Source: an uncultured Chthonomonadaceae bacterium
Lineage (GTDB): Bacteria; Armatimonadota; Chthonomonadetes; Chthonomonadales; Chthonomonadaceae
Reading direction: 5' to 3'
DNA: 64,000 bases
NCBI GenBank assembly: GCA_963817895.1
Contig: CAWFQB010000014.1
Location: forward strand, 640,001 to 704,000
In this document: positions 40,015 through 51,108 of the stretch, piece by piece
How the letters are laid out: each line of letters begins with the position of its first letter
Numbering within the stretch: position 1 is the first letter of the stretch
Position numbers and translations under genes: made by a program
The notes under the pieces: generated by a model
The model's input: only the letters and a program-made list of their open reading frames with translations
Told to the model about the DNA's origin: nothing
Databases searched by the model: none

Positions 40015-43000
40015 AGATAAACTCGTTGGCGGCTAACAAAACCTGACACAGCGACTGCCACGTTTTTTCCTGCCGCTTGTTCGCGTCCGGCACTGCCGCC
40101 GCCAATGCCTGCCCATAGCGCGTCAAGAACGACGAGGCGTTGGCGATTTCGGCGGGAGTGGCAGAGCGCGAGTAGGCTTTGCGATAGGCGTAGTTGATCT
40201 TCTCCGTATCCGTTTTGCCCGCTTTCATCGTATCCTGCGCGAAAGCAAGCGCCTGTTCCTGCACAAACGGGCTGTTCATCACATATAACGCCTGCGGCGA
40301 AACGATTGTTGTGGAACGGCGGGCGTTCACCATCGAAGGATCGCCCATGTCGAACGCCTGAAACATGTCGAACAGGGCGTTGCGGATAATGGGCAGGTAG
40401 ATGCTCCGGCGCGGCGCGTTGTACTGCGCTGCGTTGCCGGACTGGTCATTGGTCACATAATCGTTGTTTCGGGTTCCGAGGAGGGAACCGCCCTGTTTCA
40501 AGTCCAGTTTGCCCGCCACGAACAGCAGGCTGTCGCGGAAGGGTTCGGCTTCCAGACGGCGGCGGGTGAAGTGCGAAAGGTATTTATTATCCGGGTCGGC
40601 AAGCGCGGCTTTCGAATCCGCCTGCGTACTCATCTGATACGCGCTCGACAGCATCATAAGACGGTGCATCTGCTTGATAGACCAGCCCTTTTCCACAAAG
40701 GTAGACGCCAGCCAGTCCAGCAGTTCGGGATGCGTGGGCTTTTCGCTCAACAGGCCGAAGTTTTCCGGGGTGCGAACGATACCCTGCCCGAAATGCTCCT
40801 GCCAGATGCGATTTACTTCTACGCGGCCTGTCAGGGGATTGTCAGGCCGGGTTATCCATTGCGCGAGTTCCAAGCGTCCGCTGTGTTTGTCATCCACAAT
40901 CTGCTTGTCGCCGTCGGCATACCACGCTCAGGAAGTGGCGCGGAACCTCGTCGCCCAATGTCTGCGTGTTGCCGCGCAGATGAACGCGGACGTTTTCGAT
41001 TTTACCCTCGTCCACAGCCAGCGCGAGGGGAACTTCGGTCATGGTCGCTTTCGCGGCGGCAACCGCCTGCTGCTTATCCTTGATTGCTTTCGCCACACTC
41101 GCCGGATAAAAGGCGTCGAACTTGCCGGGGGGCGACAGCAGGCCGTTCTTCGTGGTCAGCGTGGTATTCAGCGCGGACAGTGGTCCCTGCTTTCGCTTGC
41201 TGCGCGTTGGCAAATACTTCCTGATATTTGGCGGCAACCTGCTCCAGATTGGCGGGCGCGAACCCGGCGAACGCCTGCGCAATGGCAGGGTCGGCGTGGG
41301 CATCCGCCAGCTGTCGCGGCAACGAGGGGCGCGTTTTGGGCAAAGCGGTCGGCAGGCAGATGCGCGTACCGCGCAAAGGCTCCCATAACGGGATCATTCT
41401 GCGCCACTCGCAGACGGGACGACCAGAGTTGCACGAACGCGGGATTGAGATTTGCGGCGGCAGAAATCTGTTCTTTGGTGCGAACGGGTTTGCCGCTGCC
41501 GTCATTTCCGGCGTCCGCCGCAACGAGCATCAGTTTGTCAATGTGCGGAATGTCGCCATTATTTTCAATTCGGATCGTGTTCTTTCCGGCTTGCAGCGGA
41601 TACACGCCCTGCACTTCCCATTTCTGGCCGTCCGGGTTCCAGCTTCCCGTCACGCTCCCCGCCGCCTGCGCGTTAAGCACTTTGCCGTTCGCCAACAGTC
41701 GAATCGGACGCGACAGCATCGCCGCATAGCGCATTTCGATCTGATAATTGCCCGCTTTGGCAACGTTTATGTCCCATTCGGCAAACGTCGGAACGGTTAC
41801 GGTATGGATTACGCCGATACCCTTGCCGTAGTTATCGAAATCGCGGTTGGCGTTGCCCCGGTCGAACTTTTCCGCTTCCACGAACAGGCGCGTATCGCCC
41901 GCATGGGGAGGAAGTTCGGCAAGCGATTGCGTTCCCGGTTGCTGCGCCAGTTCCCAACCCGCCAGCAGGTATTTGGCGAGATTGCTGCGCTGTTCGGCAA
42001 TCAAATCCTGATTGGCCTTGCCGGTTTCGCGCTTCAATTCGTCTTCCAACTGCTTTACTTTGCGCTGTTGCTCTTCCGCCTGCGCTTTTTCCACTGCCGT
42101 CACGAGGGGACGCTCATAGCAGCGGGCAACGGTATTGAGCGTTTCCATCGTGCGCGTACTTTTGAAAGATTCCGGCAAGCGCGTAGTAATCTTTGGTGGG
42201 AATGGGATCGAACTTGTGGTCATGGCAGCGGGCGCAGGCGACGGTCAGGCCGAGAAACGCTTTGCTCGTCACTTCGATCTGCTCGTCTACAATGTCCATC
42301 ACCATTTTGGGCTTGTCGGGTTCGGCAAGCACTTTGGGGCCGAGGGAGAGGAAGCCGGTCGCCGTGAGATGCTCGTTGCGCTCCTCGTCCGTGCTGGCGG
42401 GCAGCAGGTCGCCGGCAAGCTGTTCGCGTACCAGTTGGTCGTAGGGCTTGTCTTTGTTGAAGGCGTTGATGATGTAGTCGCGGTAGCGGAAAGCGTTGCC
42501 GAACGCGGTATTCTCGTCCAGTCCGTTGCTGTCGGCGTAGCGGGCCACGTCCAGCCAGTGCCGCCCCCAGCGTTCGCCATACTGCGGCGACGCCAGCAGT
42601 TTATCCACTACGCGGGCAAAAGCGTCGGGAGATTTGTCGGCGATAAAAGCATCCACTTCGGCAGGGCGTCGGAGGCAGGCCAATCAGGTCGAAATAAGCG
42701 CGGCGAAGCAGGTCTTTTTTAGAAGCGGACGGGGCAGGCTTCAAGCCTTTGGCTTCCAGTCCCGCAAGAATAAATCGGTCAATGGGCGACTGACACCACG
42801 CGCTGTTTTTCACGGCAGGCAACGCGGGCTTTCCAAACGGCTTGAACGGCCACATGCTCTTATCCGCAGCGGAAACAATCTTCTCCGGCTTGCCACCGGA
42901 CACGGAGGCAGCGGGGGAGGGCACAACATGTTGTGTCCCTACGGGCCAGGGCGCGCCCATTTTCACCCATGCGGTCAGGGCGGCGATCTCTTCCGCGCGT

Positions 43001-43365
43001 AATTTGCCGGACGGGGGCATTTTCACTTTGCCGTCGTAGTTGAGGACGTGGATCAGAACGCTCTTGTCGGGTTCGCCGGGAACCAGAACGGGGCCATGCG
43101 CGTTGCCTTTGAGCAGAGCAGCCGGGGAATCAAGGCTGATGTCGGCGCGGATATTCTTACCTGCGTGACAGCCATAGCAGTTGTTGACCAGAACCGGCCG
43201 CACCTTGCTTTCAAAGAACATCGCCTGCTGCGGCGTGATCGCGGTTGCCGCCGACTTTTCCTGCCGCGCCTGTACACCCGTCACCGCCCCAATCGCCAGC
43301 AATCCCCCGCTCACAATGCCAACGCCCGCTGTTCGCCGTATGCCTGTCATGCCTTCTCCCGCCAA
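40004..43365 (-). CDS. PSD1 and planctomycete cytochrome c domain protein (DUF1549/DUF1553) with CBM-like insert (several frameshifts)
   Basis: FFESKVRPVL..CYGCH; YGERWGRHWLD.ARYADS; CARCHDHKFDPI; GRLELAQWI; PTHPELLDWLA; ANEFIYV. Confidence 0.88.
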
Positions 43366-43586
43366 CTCGTAATCGCGCCCAAATCGTTGCTACTACTATA
43401 CCATGCGACACGATTTTACGCCCGTTGTTACCGGAAAGATGAGGAATGACAAACTGCGAAATACGCGAAATAAACGAAAAGAAGACATAGAACCGACGTA
43501 TCACGCTATTAAGAAGTTACGGAAGTTGCGCAAGCGCGAGTCGGTAAAAACGTCTGATGCTTCGAAATACAATGCTGTTGAAAAAT

Positions 43587-44042
43587 TCAGTAGGAGTAAA
43601 ATGGCTCGACATAACACCAATGTGGACGAATAATATTTCTCTTGTCCCATATTTTTACATCGTTCATTCCATCAAATGTGAACCACGCATCGCCTGGCAG
43701 AGAACCTGAACAGTAGACATATCCGGCAATGTCTTGCGCCATCTTTATCTTTCCATCGCCCCAATCCACTGAATACTTATCTACTGCTGCAGGAAACAAA
43801 AGCGCAAGCCCGGATCGCTTATCTTTGGTTTGGTAAACATGTCCGTTCTGAGTTAGCCAGGCCCATGATTGCGGAAGTGTAATATCTCCCGAAGAATTAG
43901 CTCGGAGTTTGCCTTCCTGCACCTGTGAGACAATCTCTTCATAACCAGAAAAACGTTGAGCCTCGCGCCGTTGATACAAGCCAAGCCCTACAAGAAGCAG
44001 ACAAATTATAAAAGCTAAAATAGAAAATAGACGTGTCTTCAT
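43587..44042 (-). CDS. Hypothetical membrane-anchored protein (AT-richer)
   Basis: N-terminal TM helix; start uncertain. Confidence 0.55.
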   Translation of the reverse strand: MKTRLFSILAFIICLLLVGLGLYQRREAQRFSGYEEIVSQVQEGKLRANSSGDITLPQSWAWLTQNGHVYQTKDKRSGLALLFPAAVDKYSVDWGDGKIKMAQDIAGYVYCSGSLPGDAWFTFDGMNDVKIWDKRNIIRPHWCYVEPFYSY

Positions 44043-44097
44043 ACGCTCATTATTCCTCCAATTCATCAGAACCACTGCCGCCAACAGCCGAACTTGT

Positions 44098-44196
44098 GTA
44101 GACCTTGAAAGGAACTTATAATGCTGCTTCCGACGCGCGACAATATACGAAACGATTGTAGGCGCGTTCAGCCACAGGCGGGTACAACGGATTCAT
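44098..44196 (-). pseudogene. Degenerate 5' remnant of an HNH endonuclease-like gene
   Basis: ATG overlaps the upstream stop (ATGA); reads MNPLYPPVAERAYNRFVYCRASEAAL*VPFKV, resembling V..RA..RCEYC.APE...PFEV.H starts. Confidence 0.5.
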
Positions 44197-44534
44197 GGCT
44201 GCGCCAATTTTCCCTGCTGTTCGAGGCGGGCCACAGTGGCATCCAGTTCCGTAAACATCAGCGAAGCGAGTTCCTGACGTTCCTGCGGGGCCAGCGTTTC
44301 ACGACGAGCCAGCAGTTCTTCCTTGCGGTCTTGCTGCGCCTGCGAAAAAAAGGCGTCCGGGCCGAACCTTTGGATCAGGACAACAGTTTCGCGCGCTTCC
44401 TCGCCCCAACCTATCATCAAGGCGTCGAGCGCCTCTCCCATCGTGCTTCCAACCGCCTCCTTCTCTCCCGCTGTGACGCGAAAGCGAGGAACATCCAGTG
44501 GCACACTATCGAGACGAATGGATATAGCCGTCAT
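44193..44534 (-). CDS. Small hypothetical protein, possible antitoxin-like partner of the HNH remnant
   Basis: G.TMGEALDAL, PDAFFSQAQQ.R..EL...ELDAT..R; coupled to the remnant. Confidence 0.55.
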   Translation of the reverse strand: MTAISIRLDSVPLDVPRFRVTAGEKEAVGSTMGEALDALMIGWGEEARETVVLIQRFGPDAFFSQAQQDRKEELLARRETLAPQERQELASLMFTELDATVARLEQQGKLAQP

Positions 44535-44577
44535 AATTTTTCTTCCTTCCTTACTCACCTTCGGCTGACGAAGATTG

Positions 44578-44730
44578 TCTTGAACCATGATTTTTGTGAT
44601 TTCAGGATTACCATGATAAGACTTCCCAAAACGTAATCTCCACTCAACTTACTGAATGAGAGTTCAAGAAAGAGGAACGCGCCTCCTCCATCATGGTACT
44701 CATTTCAATCATATAAATCATGGTTCAAGA
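44578..44730. repeat. 9-mer-type dyad
   Basis: Perfect 16-bp IR TCTTGAACCATGATTT / AAATCATGGTTCAAGA plus degenerate inner units. Confidence 0.7.
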
Positions 44731-44771
44731 AAAGTTTCTTCTATTTTGCCAATCAAATCGCGTTAGTGGCA

Positions 44772-46019
44772 TCAGGGCGCAGGAGAAATTTCAGCCGCTT
44801 TGGCCGCGTCCCGCGCGTTGTGAGGGTGTCCCGGCATGAAGCGCCGCTCTACCACGATATGAAATAGATAGGATACAACTATCGCAAAGGGAACGAAAAC
44901 AAATATCTCGAACATCAGAGCTGACCAGCCTACAAGATGTAATGCCTTCATGGACCCCTGCATCAGCCAACTCGCGGGCATGTGAATCAGATACAGACTG
45001 TAGGAGAACACCCCAACGCCTACCAACGCCCGCGACTCCAATACGCGCATCACCATAGACTGTCTCCCCTCACTCACCTTACCGGCCTGAGCCGCGCAAT
45101 AAATGAGTAATGCACTCATAAACGCGCCAGCCAAAAGATCGTCCCAGAGCGGTTTGAGGGTATCCATTAAAGCAAAGCCAACAATACACATGCCTAAACC
45201 AACGGCAACAGCGGCCCAGGGAACGTCATCCCGCAAACGCGCGGCACGAGCCGATTTGGAGAAACTGACAACGGCGCTCATCATTCCCACTGTAAACAGA
45301 GCAATGTACCACACGCAGAGATAATCGCCATTTCGTTCAGCCGGCAGCAGCAGGCGCGGCAGAATTCCTACTGCCAGCATCGCCAGCAGTGGAAACAACA
45401 TTCCGAACCGCCGCCAGAGTGGCAGCAGTATCAGAGGAAACAGAAAGTAAATCTGCCATTCCGGCGCGACGCTCCACATGGGTGGATCAATCGTCAGATA
45501 CCACGTCTGACTCAGGTTGTGCAGCAAAGTGACGTGCAGCAGCAGATTGACCGGGGCAAATACAGTGTCTGCCCTGAGTGGATGTATCAGAAGCGGGGAG
45601 TGCGCCCTGATGCGCCCGAATAGTATTATCGCGCTTGTGAACACCAGAGCGGCATAATAGGGGGGCAGGATGCGGCGGGCGCGGCGTTTGAAATAGTCCC
45701 ATGTGCCGCCCCGCAATTCCCCACTGGCGGAACGCGCTACCGGCAACATCAGACAGTACCCGGACAAAACGATGAATACGGCTACGCACATATTGGCATG
45801 CGCCAGCAACCGGAGCAGCCACACAGGCAAAATGCCTCTGTCAAGCAACAAATGAGTCTGCACGACGTATAAGGCCGCAAAGCCACGTGTCCCATCTAAA
45901 AACTCTAGCCTGACACGCCGCGCGCCAGTCTCAGCAGAGGAACGAACCGTCTCGGGTATTCCCTGTGTAAATGTCACTCCAATCTCCTTAACAACGACGT
46001 TTCGTTCCGCCTCTACCAC
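44772..46019 (-). CDS. Acyltransferase family 3 (OafA-like)
   Basis: LDGTRG.AA..V, VFIVLSGY, RRARRILPPY, WSVAPEWQIY, SYSLYLIH. Confidence 0.9.
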   Translation of the reverse strand: MVEAERNVVVKEIGVTFTQGIPETVRSSAETGARRVRLEFLDGTRGFAALYVVQTHLLLDRGILPVWLLRLLAHANMCVAVFIVLSGYCLMLPVARSASGELRGGTWDYFKRRARRILPPYYAALVFTSAIILFGRIRAHSPLLIHPLRADTVFAPVNLLLHVTLLHNLSQTWYLTIDPPMWSVAPEWQIYFLFPLILLPLWRRFGMLFPLLAMLAVGILPRLLLPAERNGDYLCVWYIALFTVGMMSAVVSFSKSARAARLRDDVPWAAVAVGLGMCIVGFALMDTLKPLWDDLLAGAFMSALLIYCAAQAGKVSEGRQSMVMRVLESRALVGVGVFSYSLYLIHMPASWLMQGSMKALHLVGWSALMFEIFVFVPFAIVVSYLFHIVVERRFMPGHPHNARDAAKAAEISPAP

Positions 46020-46080
46020 ACCCGCGTTCGAAGTTTTCTGCCCCGAACGCGAACACTACACCATTTATCGTGAAGCCTTG

Positions 46081-47130
46081 TTACGCGCCGGGTTTGAGGA
46101 GTTTTTGCGCGTCGGGCGTGTTCATGTTTTCTTTAGTGATGACCATGACGCCGCTGTCTTGCAGTTTCTTGTCTATGGTTTCCTTCTTGATGGCTCTGAC
46201 AACGGTTTCCACGCCCTGATAGCCCATCTGGTACGGGTTCTGCACAATCAACGCCTGTATCGCGCCGTCTTGCAGAGCCTTGATCTCGTCTTCCGAACTG
46301 TCGAAGGCGACGAGTTTCACTTTGCCTTCCAGTCTCTTCTGCTTCAGCACCTGCGCCGCGCCCTCGCCGTTGGGCTGATTGGCCGCGAAGATACCGGCTA
46401 AATCTTTGTTGGCGGTCAGCATGTCATTGGTGCGGTCTACGGCTTTGGTCGGGTCGCCGCCCTCCAGATTGGAAACCACTTTGATGTCCGGGTACTTCTT
46501 CATCGCTTCCAGAAAGCCGCTTTCCCGCTCGTCATTGGAAGCGGAACCCTTCTTGAAGATTAAAATTCCGACATTGCCCTTTTTGCCAATCGCGTCCGCC
46601 AGTTTGTCCGCCGCCAGCTGCCCGCCCTTGACGTTATCCGTCGCGATATAGCAGACGGAATCGTCCTTGCCTTTGACAATTCCCGAGTCAACGGTGACGG
46701 TGGGAATGTTAGCCGCTTTCGCTGTTGTGACCGGTTGCGCGAGGGCCTCTGAATCAACAGCCGCCAGAACTATGCCGTCCACTTTATTACTAATCTGCGT
46801 TTGCACCACGTCTACCTGCTGCGTCACATCGTTTTCGGTTGCGGGGCCTTTCCAGAGTATCTCGACGTTGCCCATTTTCTTCGCCGCATCTTCGGCGCCC
46901 GCCTTGACTCCAAGCCAGAACGAGTTGGACGTGCCTTTGGGAATCACGGCAATCCGCAACCCCTTGCCCGCGCCACCGCTCCCGCCACCCCCGGTTGTGG
47001 GCGTTGCGGCAGTCGTCGTATCCCCCGTTGTCCCGCCACTCGCGCCCGTATTCTCTTTAGGGCAACCCCACAGCAACACGCTGCCCAAACAACTGACTGT
47101 CAACACGCCGATTTTTTGAACTGTTCGCAT
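46081..47130 (-). CDS. Sugar ABC transporter substrate-binding lipoprotein (RbsB-like)
   Basis: Lipobox LWGC; IPKG..NSFW; VDS; ATDN..GG; QNPYQMGY. Confidence 0.9.
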   Translation of the reverse strand: MRTVQKIGVLTVSCLGSVLLWGCPKENTGASGGTTGDTTTAATPTTGGGGSGGAGKGLRIAVIPKGTSNSFWLGVKAGAEDAAKKMGNVEILWKGPATENDVTQQVDVVQTQISNKVDGIVLAAVDSEALAQPVTTAKAANIPTVTVDSGIVKGKDDSVCYIATDNVKGGQLAADKLADAIGKKGNVGILIFKKGSASNDERESGFLEAMKKYPDIKVVSNLEGGDPTKAVDRTNDMLTANKDLAGIFAANQPNGEGAAQVLKQKRLEGKVKLVAFDSSEDEIKALQDGAIQALIVQNPYQMGYQGVETVVRAIKKETIDKKLQDSGVMVITKENMNTPDAQKLLKPGA

Positions 47131-47150
47131 GGAAACTCCTTGAGAGTAGA

Positions 47151-47258
47151 GAGTAGGGGGTAGGCAGTAGGGAGTTGAAGGTGCCATTTCTGGCGTTCCA
47201 GGCAGATGTTAAACCTCACGGAAAGCATTTGCTACTCCCTACTGCCTACCCCCTACTC
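47151..47258. repeat. Heptamer dyad (GAGTAGG-type) between permease stop and binding-protein RBS
   Basis: Perfect 25-bp IR 47151-47175 / 47234-47258 with variant units mirrored; related dyad at 1874-1938. Confidence 0.85.
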
Positions 47259-48352
47259 CCTCGTTTTCTTCCCGGCCCAAACCGGTCATACAGTACCGCC
47301 AGAATCACGACCGCGCCGATAATCATGCGCTCGAAATTCGGGCTGACGTTGCTCAGGGCACAGCCGTTGCGGATGGTGAACATCAGCAGCGCCCCGATAA
47401 TGGTTCCCGGTATGCCGCCCTGCCCGCCGAAGAGGGATGTTCCGCCGATTACGGTAGCGGCGACAGCATACAACTCATAACTGGTTCCCGCGTCATACGC
47501 GGCAATGCTGGTGCGCGAAATGTTGACCACTGCCGCAATCCCCGCCAGCAGGCCGGAAAGCGCGAAGACTGAAATCACGCCCTTATCGAGCGATATACCG
47601 GACAGGCGCGCGGCCTCTTTGTTGCCGCCCATCGCGTAAATCGCCCGCCCCCATCGCGTTCGCGTCAGCAGGATACTGACGCCAATGGCGACAGCGATCA
47701 TAATCAGCACGGCGTAGGGAATGCCGTCGCGGTTCGCGCTGCCGAACAATTCCTGCGTTCCGAACACCTCAAAACCCGGCGCAAGCCCGCCGATGTTTTT
47801 GGAACCGGCCAGCATACCGCCCGCGCCGTATACCACGCCCATCATGCCCAATGTTACGATGAATGAGGGGATTTTGCCGAACGCGGTAATCAGCCCTGTC
47901 AGCGTTCCCGCCGCCAGCCCAGACATAATCGCCAGCAGAACGGCGGGCCACACGCCCACCCCATGATGCGCCATCGCTTCCGCAGCGGCAACCCCGGCAA
48001 ACGCCATCACCGCGCCTACCGATAAATCTATGTTACCGGAGATAATCACCGCTGTCTGCCCACACGCCAGTATCGCGATAACGGCGGACTGAATGGCGAT
48101 CTGCTTGAGGTTGTCCCGTTCCGCGAAATGCGGCACGCGCAGAGCAAGCGCGGTGCCAAGCAGCAGCAGAAACGAGAGGGGAGCCAGCGTGCTGGAAACG
48201 CGCTGCAACAGGGTTCCGCGCTTTACCAACGTCGGTTCGCTCGAAGGAAGGGAGGTTGTCCCCATAAACGCTGCCCTTTCCATGATAGCAGGAGATTGCT
48301 TCGGGTTGTCCCGAAAACGCCTAATCATAGCAGACACGCCGCTCCATGTCAA
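47246..48352 (-). CDS. Sugar ABC transporter permease (RbsC-like); start uncertain
   Basis: IDLSVG, IPSFIVTLG, GGNKEAARLSGI, YEL...IGGTSLFGG.G. Confidence 0.9.
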   Translation of the reverse strand: MTWSGVSAMIRRFRDNPKQSPAIMERAAFMGTTSLPSSEPTLVKRGTLLQRVSSTLAPLSFLLLLGTALALRVPHFAERDNLKQIAIQSAVIAILACGQTAVIISGNIDLSVGAVMAFAGVAAAEAMAHHGVGVWPAVLLAIMSGLAAGTLTGLITAFGKIPSFIVTLGMMGVVYGAGGMLAGSKNIGGLAPGFEVFGTQELFGSANRDGIPYAVLIMIAVAIGVSILLTRTRWGRAIYAMGGNKEAARLSGISLDKGVISVFALSGLLAGIAAVVNISRTSIAAYDAGTSYELYAVAATVIGGTSLFGGQGGIPGTIIGALLMFTIRNGCALSNVSPNFERMIIGAVVILAVLYDRFGPGRKRGSRG

Positions 48353-48570
48353 TTATTTTCTTGTTTTGGACACGGCAGCGCGTATTATTTTCTGTTTTTC
48401 AGGTTTCATTGCGCAGGAATTTGTTACTGGAAGCGCGAATGAGTGGTTTGTGGTATTCTTTAAGTAGTATCCTCACAGGATGATAGTTTCTCATAATCAA
48501 TTTATAAATTCCCGCCACAATAGAATTCACAGGGGATGATTGTATCCCGCCTGCCCGTTCCAAGGAATCT

Positions 48571-49953
48571 ATGCGCCCTACTTTGCCACCAACTGTTGTT
48601 CTCCTACAGGATATGCTGCGGCGTCCGCGCGTTGTGTTTGCTTCCATCACAGACGGCTCCTTTCTGGCCTCCGCCCTGCTATGGGTCGTCACGCTGGGCG
48701 TCCTTGCGGGCGCTACGGGGACCTTTGCCGGCCTGAGCGGCAAGACAAGTTATGGAGAGGATTGGTGGCGCGCGATGCCCCTGACGCGCGCCGTCACGCT
48801 GTCCATCTGGTTCAGCCTGACGGACATATTATGGGCAACCCTGCTGACCTGGGCGCTGGCCCGCCTCGCGCGAGAAGCGCTCCGCTTCGACGCGCTGCTC
48901 ACCGCTCTTTGCCTCGCCTCCGCGCCCTGCCTGCTGACCACGCTCACCTTTCCCATGCGCGACACCGGATGGATAGCTTTGCACATCTGGCAGGGATTGA
49001 ACGTCATTGTTGTCGTGTGGGTGTCCCTGCTGACCTGTTGGGGCGTACAAAACTGCCTCCACTCTTCGTTCGGCAAAGCCGCGCAATGCAGCCTGCCTGC
49101 CCTGCTGATTGTGTGGACTATCGGTTACAAAGCGCATATCGCGAATCCGACAAATTTCCGCGCCGCCTGTCGTTGGGAAGTGTGGGAGGGCAAACACACG
49201 CGCGTGTTCACGCTTCCGGGCAAGAGTCCCAGAGACATCTCCCTGCTGGCGCAGGGGCTGGACAAACTGACCGAACAGGACTGCGCTGTATTGGGCGAAT
49301 CGCCGTTGAACTTCAAGATAGATTTTTTCTGCTTCGACGATGATGCGCAACAGCGCCGCTATGCCGGTTCCCCCGAAGAACCGGAGAATACCGCGCATAC
49401 CTTCTGGGACGCGATCACGCTCTCGTATGATACGTGGGATCATCTGCACACGCAAATGGCGCACGAAATCTGCCATGTCGCGCTGGCAAACCATCTTTCG
49501 GACAAAGTGCATGGGCTGTTGGATGAGGGGCTGTGCGAGTATGTCGCCCATACGGTCGTGCCGGACGCCAACGCCCTGCCGCCCCTGCCCGCCTCCACCC
49601 TGCCCCTGCGAACTCTGGCGCGTTCCGAAGTGTTTCTGGATTGGGAACAGATGAACGAAGAGGGCGCAGACGAGGAGGACTCGGAATGGAAGCACTACCG
49701 CAGCGCGGAATCGCTGACGGAATATCTGGTACAGCGCTACGGCATGACAAAGTTCAAGACGCTGTATCGCCGCTTCGCCTGGCACGGACGCGACCGCGAC
49801 CCGGACAATGACGAGGGCAAGCAGTTCGCCCATGCCGTTCAGGACGTGTACGGCCTCACCTTAAAGGAACTGGAAACCCAATGGCGCGCGACCGCCGCCG
49901 CTTCTCCTGAACCTGCCGTTAAAATCCCTACCGCCGCTGTTCCCGCGCAATAA
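48571..49953 (+). CDS. Multi-TM protein fused to an HExxH metallopeptidase-like domain
   Basis: About 5 N-terminal TM helices; AHEICH...LDEGLCEY...Y. Confidence 0.65.
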   Translation: MRPTLPPTVVLLQDMLRRPRVVFASITDGSFLASALLWVVTLGVLAGATGTFAGLSGKTSYGEDWWRAMPLTRAVTLSIWFSLTDILWATLLTWALARLAREALRFDALLTALCLASAPCLLTTLTFPMRDTGWIALHIWQGLNVIVVVWVSLLTCWGVQNCLHSSFGKAAQCSLPALLIVWTIGYKAHIANPTNFRAACRWEVWEGKHTRVFTLPGKSPRDISLLAQGLDKLTEQDCAVLGESPLNFKIDFFCFDDDAQQRRYAGSPEEPENTAHTFWDAITLSYDTWDHLHTQMAHEICHVALANHLSDKVHGLLDEGLCEYVAHTVVPDANALPPLPASTLPLRTLARSEVFLDWEQMNEEGADEEDSEWKHYRSAESLTEYLVQRYGMTKFKTLYRRFAWHGRDRDPDNDEGKQFAHAVQDVYGLTLKELETQWRATAAASPEPAVKIPTAAVPAQ

Positions 49954-49974
49954 CGCTCACACCGATATTGACAG

Positions 49975-50015
49975 GCAGCCTCCGGCAAACAAATGTTGTG
50001 TTTGCCGGAGGCTGC
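49975..50015. terminator. 17-bp perfect hairpin, probable terminator
   Basis: GCAGCCTCCGGCAAACA / TGTTTGCCGGAGGCTGC between convergent genes. Confidence 0.65.
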
Positions 50016-50176
50016 TTCTTGCCATTTCAAACCAGACGGCATGAGCTTCGTTCGCCGCCTCAACAGTACGTTTTCAATGAAGGCTCGAATACGCCCTCTC
50101 GTTACGGAGAGTTTGACAGCTACGCTCTCCCCTCTCCTGGCGCGTTGCGCGGCAAGGAGAGGGGCCGGGGGTGAGG

Positions 50177-51100
50177 TTAACGCGGGGGCATGGGCGGGCT
50201 GGGAATGGTCTGTGCGCTCTGCCCGCTGTTGCTGACGCTTGTTGTCGTGGTTGGCTGAACCGGCAGGTCGAGGCGCGGCGACACAATGGCCTGTGTCGCC
50301 CCCGGCACGTTAATCTGCCCCGTAATGCTGCTCACGCCGACCTGCGAACCGACCGCCTGAAACGTGCCGTCCGAGCCGATGCCTGTAACCATCAGACCAT
50401 CCAGAACCAGACTGGGAACCACGTAATTTCCCGTTTGCGCGCTAATCAGCGGCATGTTGTTGTGGTTGAGCAGGCGCGCGACAAACTGGAATGTTGTGCC
50501 GGAAACCACGCCGCTGCTGTTCGTGGCCGGCGACGAGATGCTGACTCCACCCACCTGATTGACGTCGAAGGCGGTCGGCGGCATGGCAAGCACCACTTCT
50601 GTAGCGCGGTTTTCGGTCAGCAACAGACTGACTTTCTGCGCCTGGTACGGCGTTTTGGCCGGGTCTACGCTGACAACAACATTGGTGACACTGAGCGGCC
50701 CGTTCGCCAGATGCTTGCCCGTGACAATGCCGTCTACGCTAAACTGCCCCTGCGCATCGGTTATCACCCGGTAACTCACAGTCTGCTTCCCGGTGGGCGT
50801 GGAAACAACCGTCACGACCAGATTGGCAAGCGACTGCTGTGGATTGTCCGCAACCAGCACCTTCCCCACAATTCGAGACTTGCCATCTGGAACGCCATCC
50901 CCGGTAAACCCCACGCCGCATCCGCAGAGGCCGCATAACAGCGCGCTGCCGACCAGCAGGACACAACGCCGCGTCCATTTTGCGGCAGGAGTGAATGACA
51001 TATTCATCGGCATATTCTGCTCCGGTTCAGGCGCAGTCGGCGGCAGCGCGCAGCGTCGCGCGCCTTTGACCGTTGGTTCATCGTCAGTTACAGGCGTCAT
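50177..51100 (-). CDS. Putative lipoprotein with beta-rich domains; start uncertain
   Basis: Lipobox-like LCGC; ITDAQGQFSV carboxypeptidase-regulatory-like motif. Confidence 0.6.
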   Translation of the reverse strand: MTPVTDDEPTVKGARRCALPPTAPEPEQNMPMNMSFTPAAKWTRRCVLLVGSALLCGLCGCGVGFTGDGVPDGKSRIVGKVLVADNPQQSLANLVVTVVSTPTGKQTVSYRVITDAQGQFSVDGIVTGKHLANGPLSVTNVVVSVDPAKTPYQAQKVSLLLTENRATEVVLAMPPTAFDVNQVGGVSISSPATNSSGVVSGTTFQFVARLLNHNNMPLISAQTGNYVVPSLVLDGLMVTGIGSDGTFQAVGSQVGVSSITGQINVPGATQAIVSPRLDLPVQPTTTTSVSNSGQSAQTIPSPPMPPR

Positions 51101-51108
51101 GTCACTCC

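Noticed and set aside
43480..43615. GxxExxY C-terminal remnant (LLLLNF...VFTDSR) next to a repeat arm
   Set aside because: It overlaps another gene's real frame and the match is too short to support
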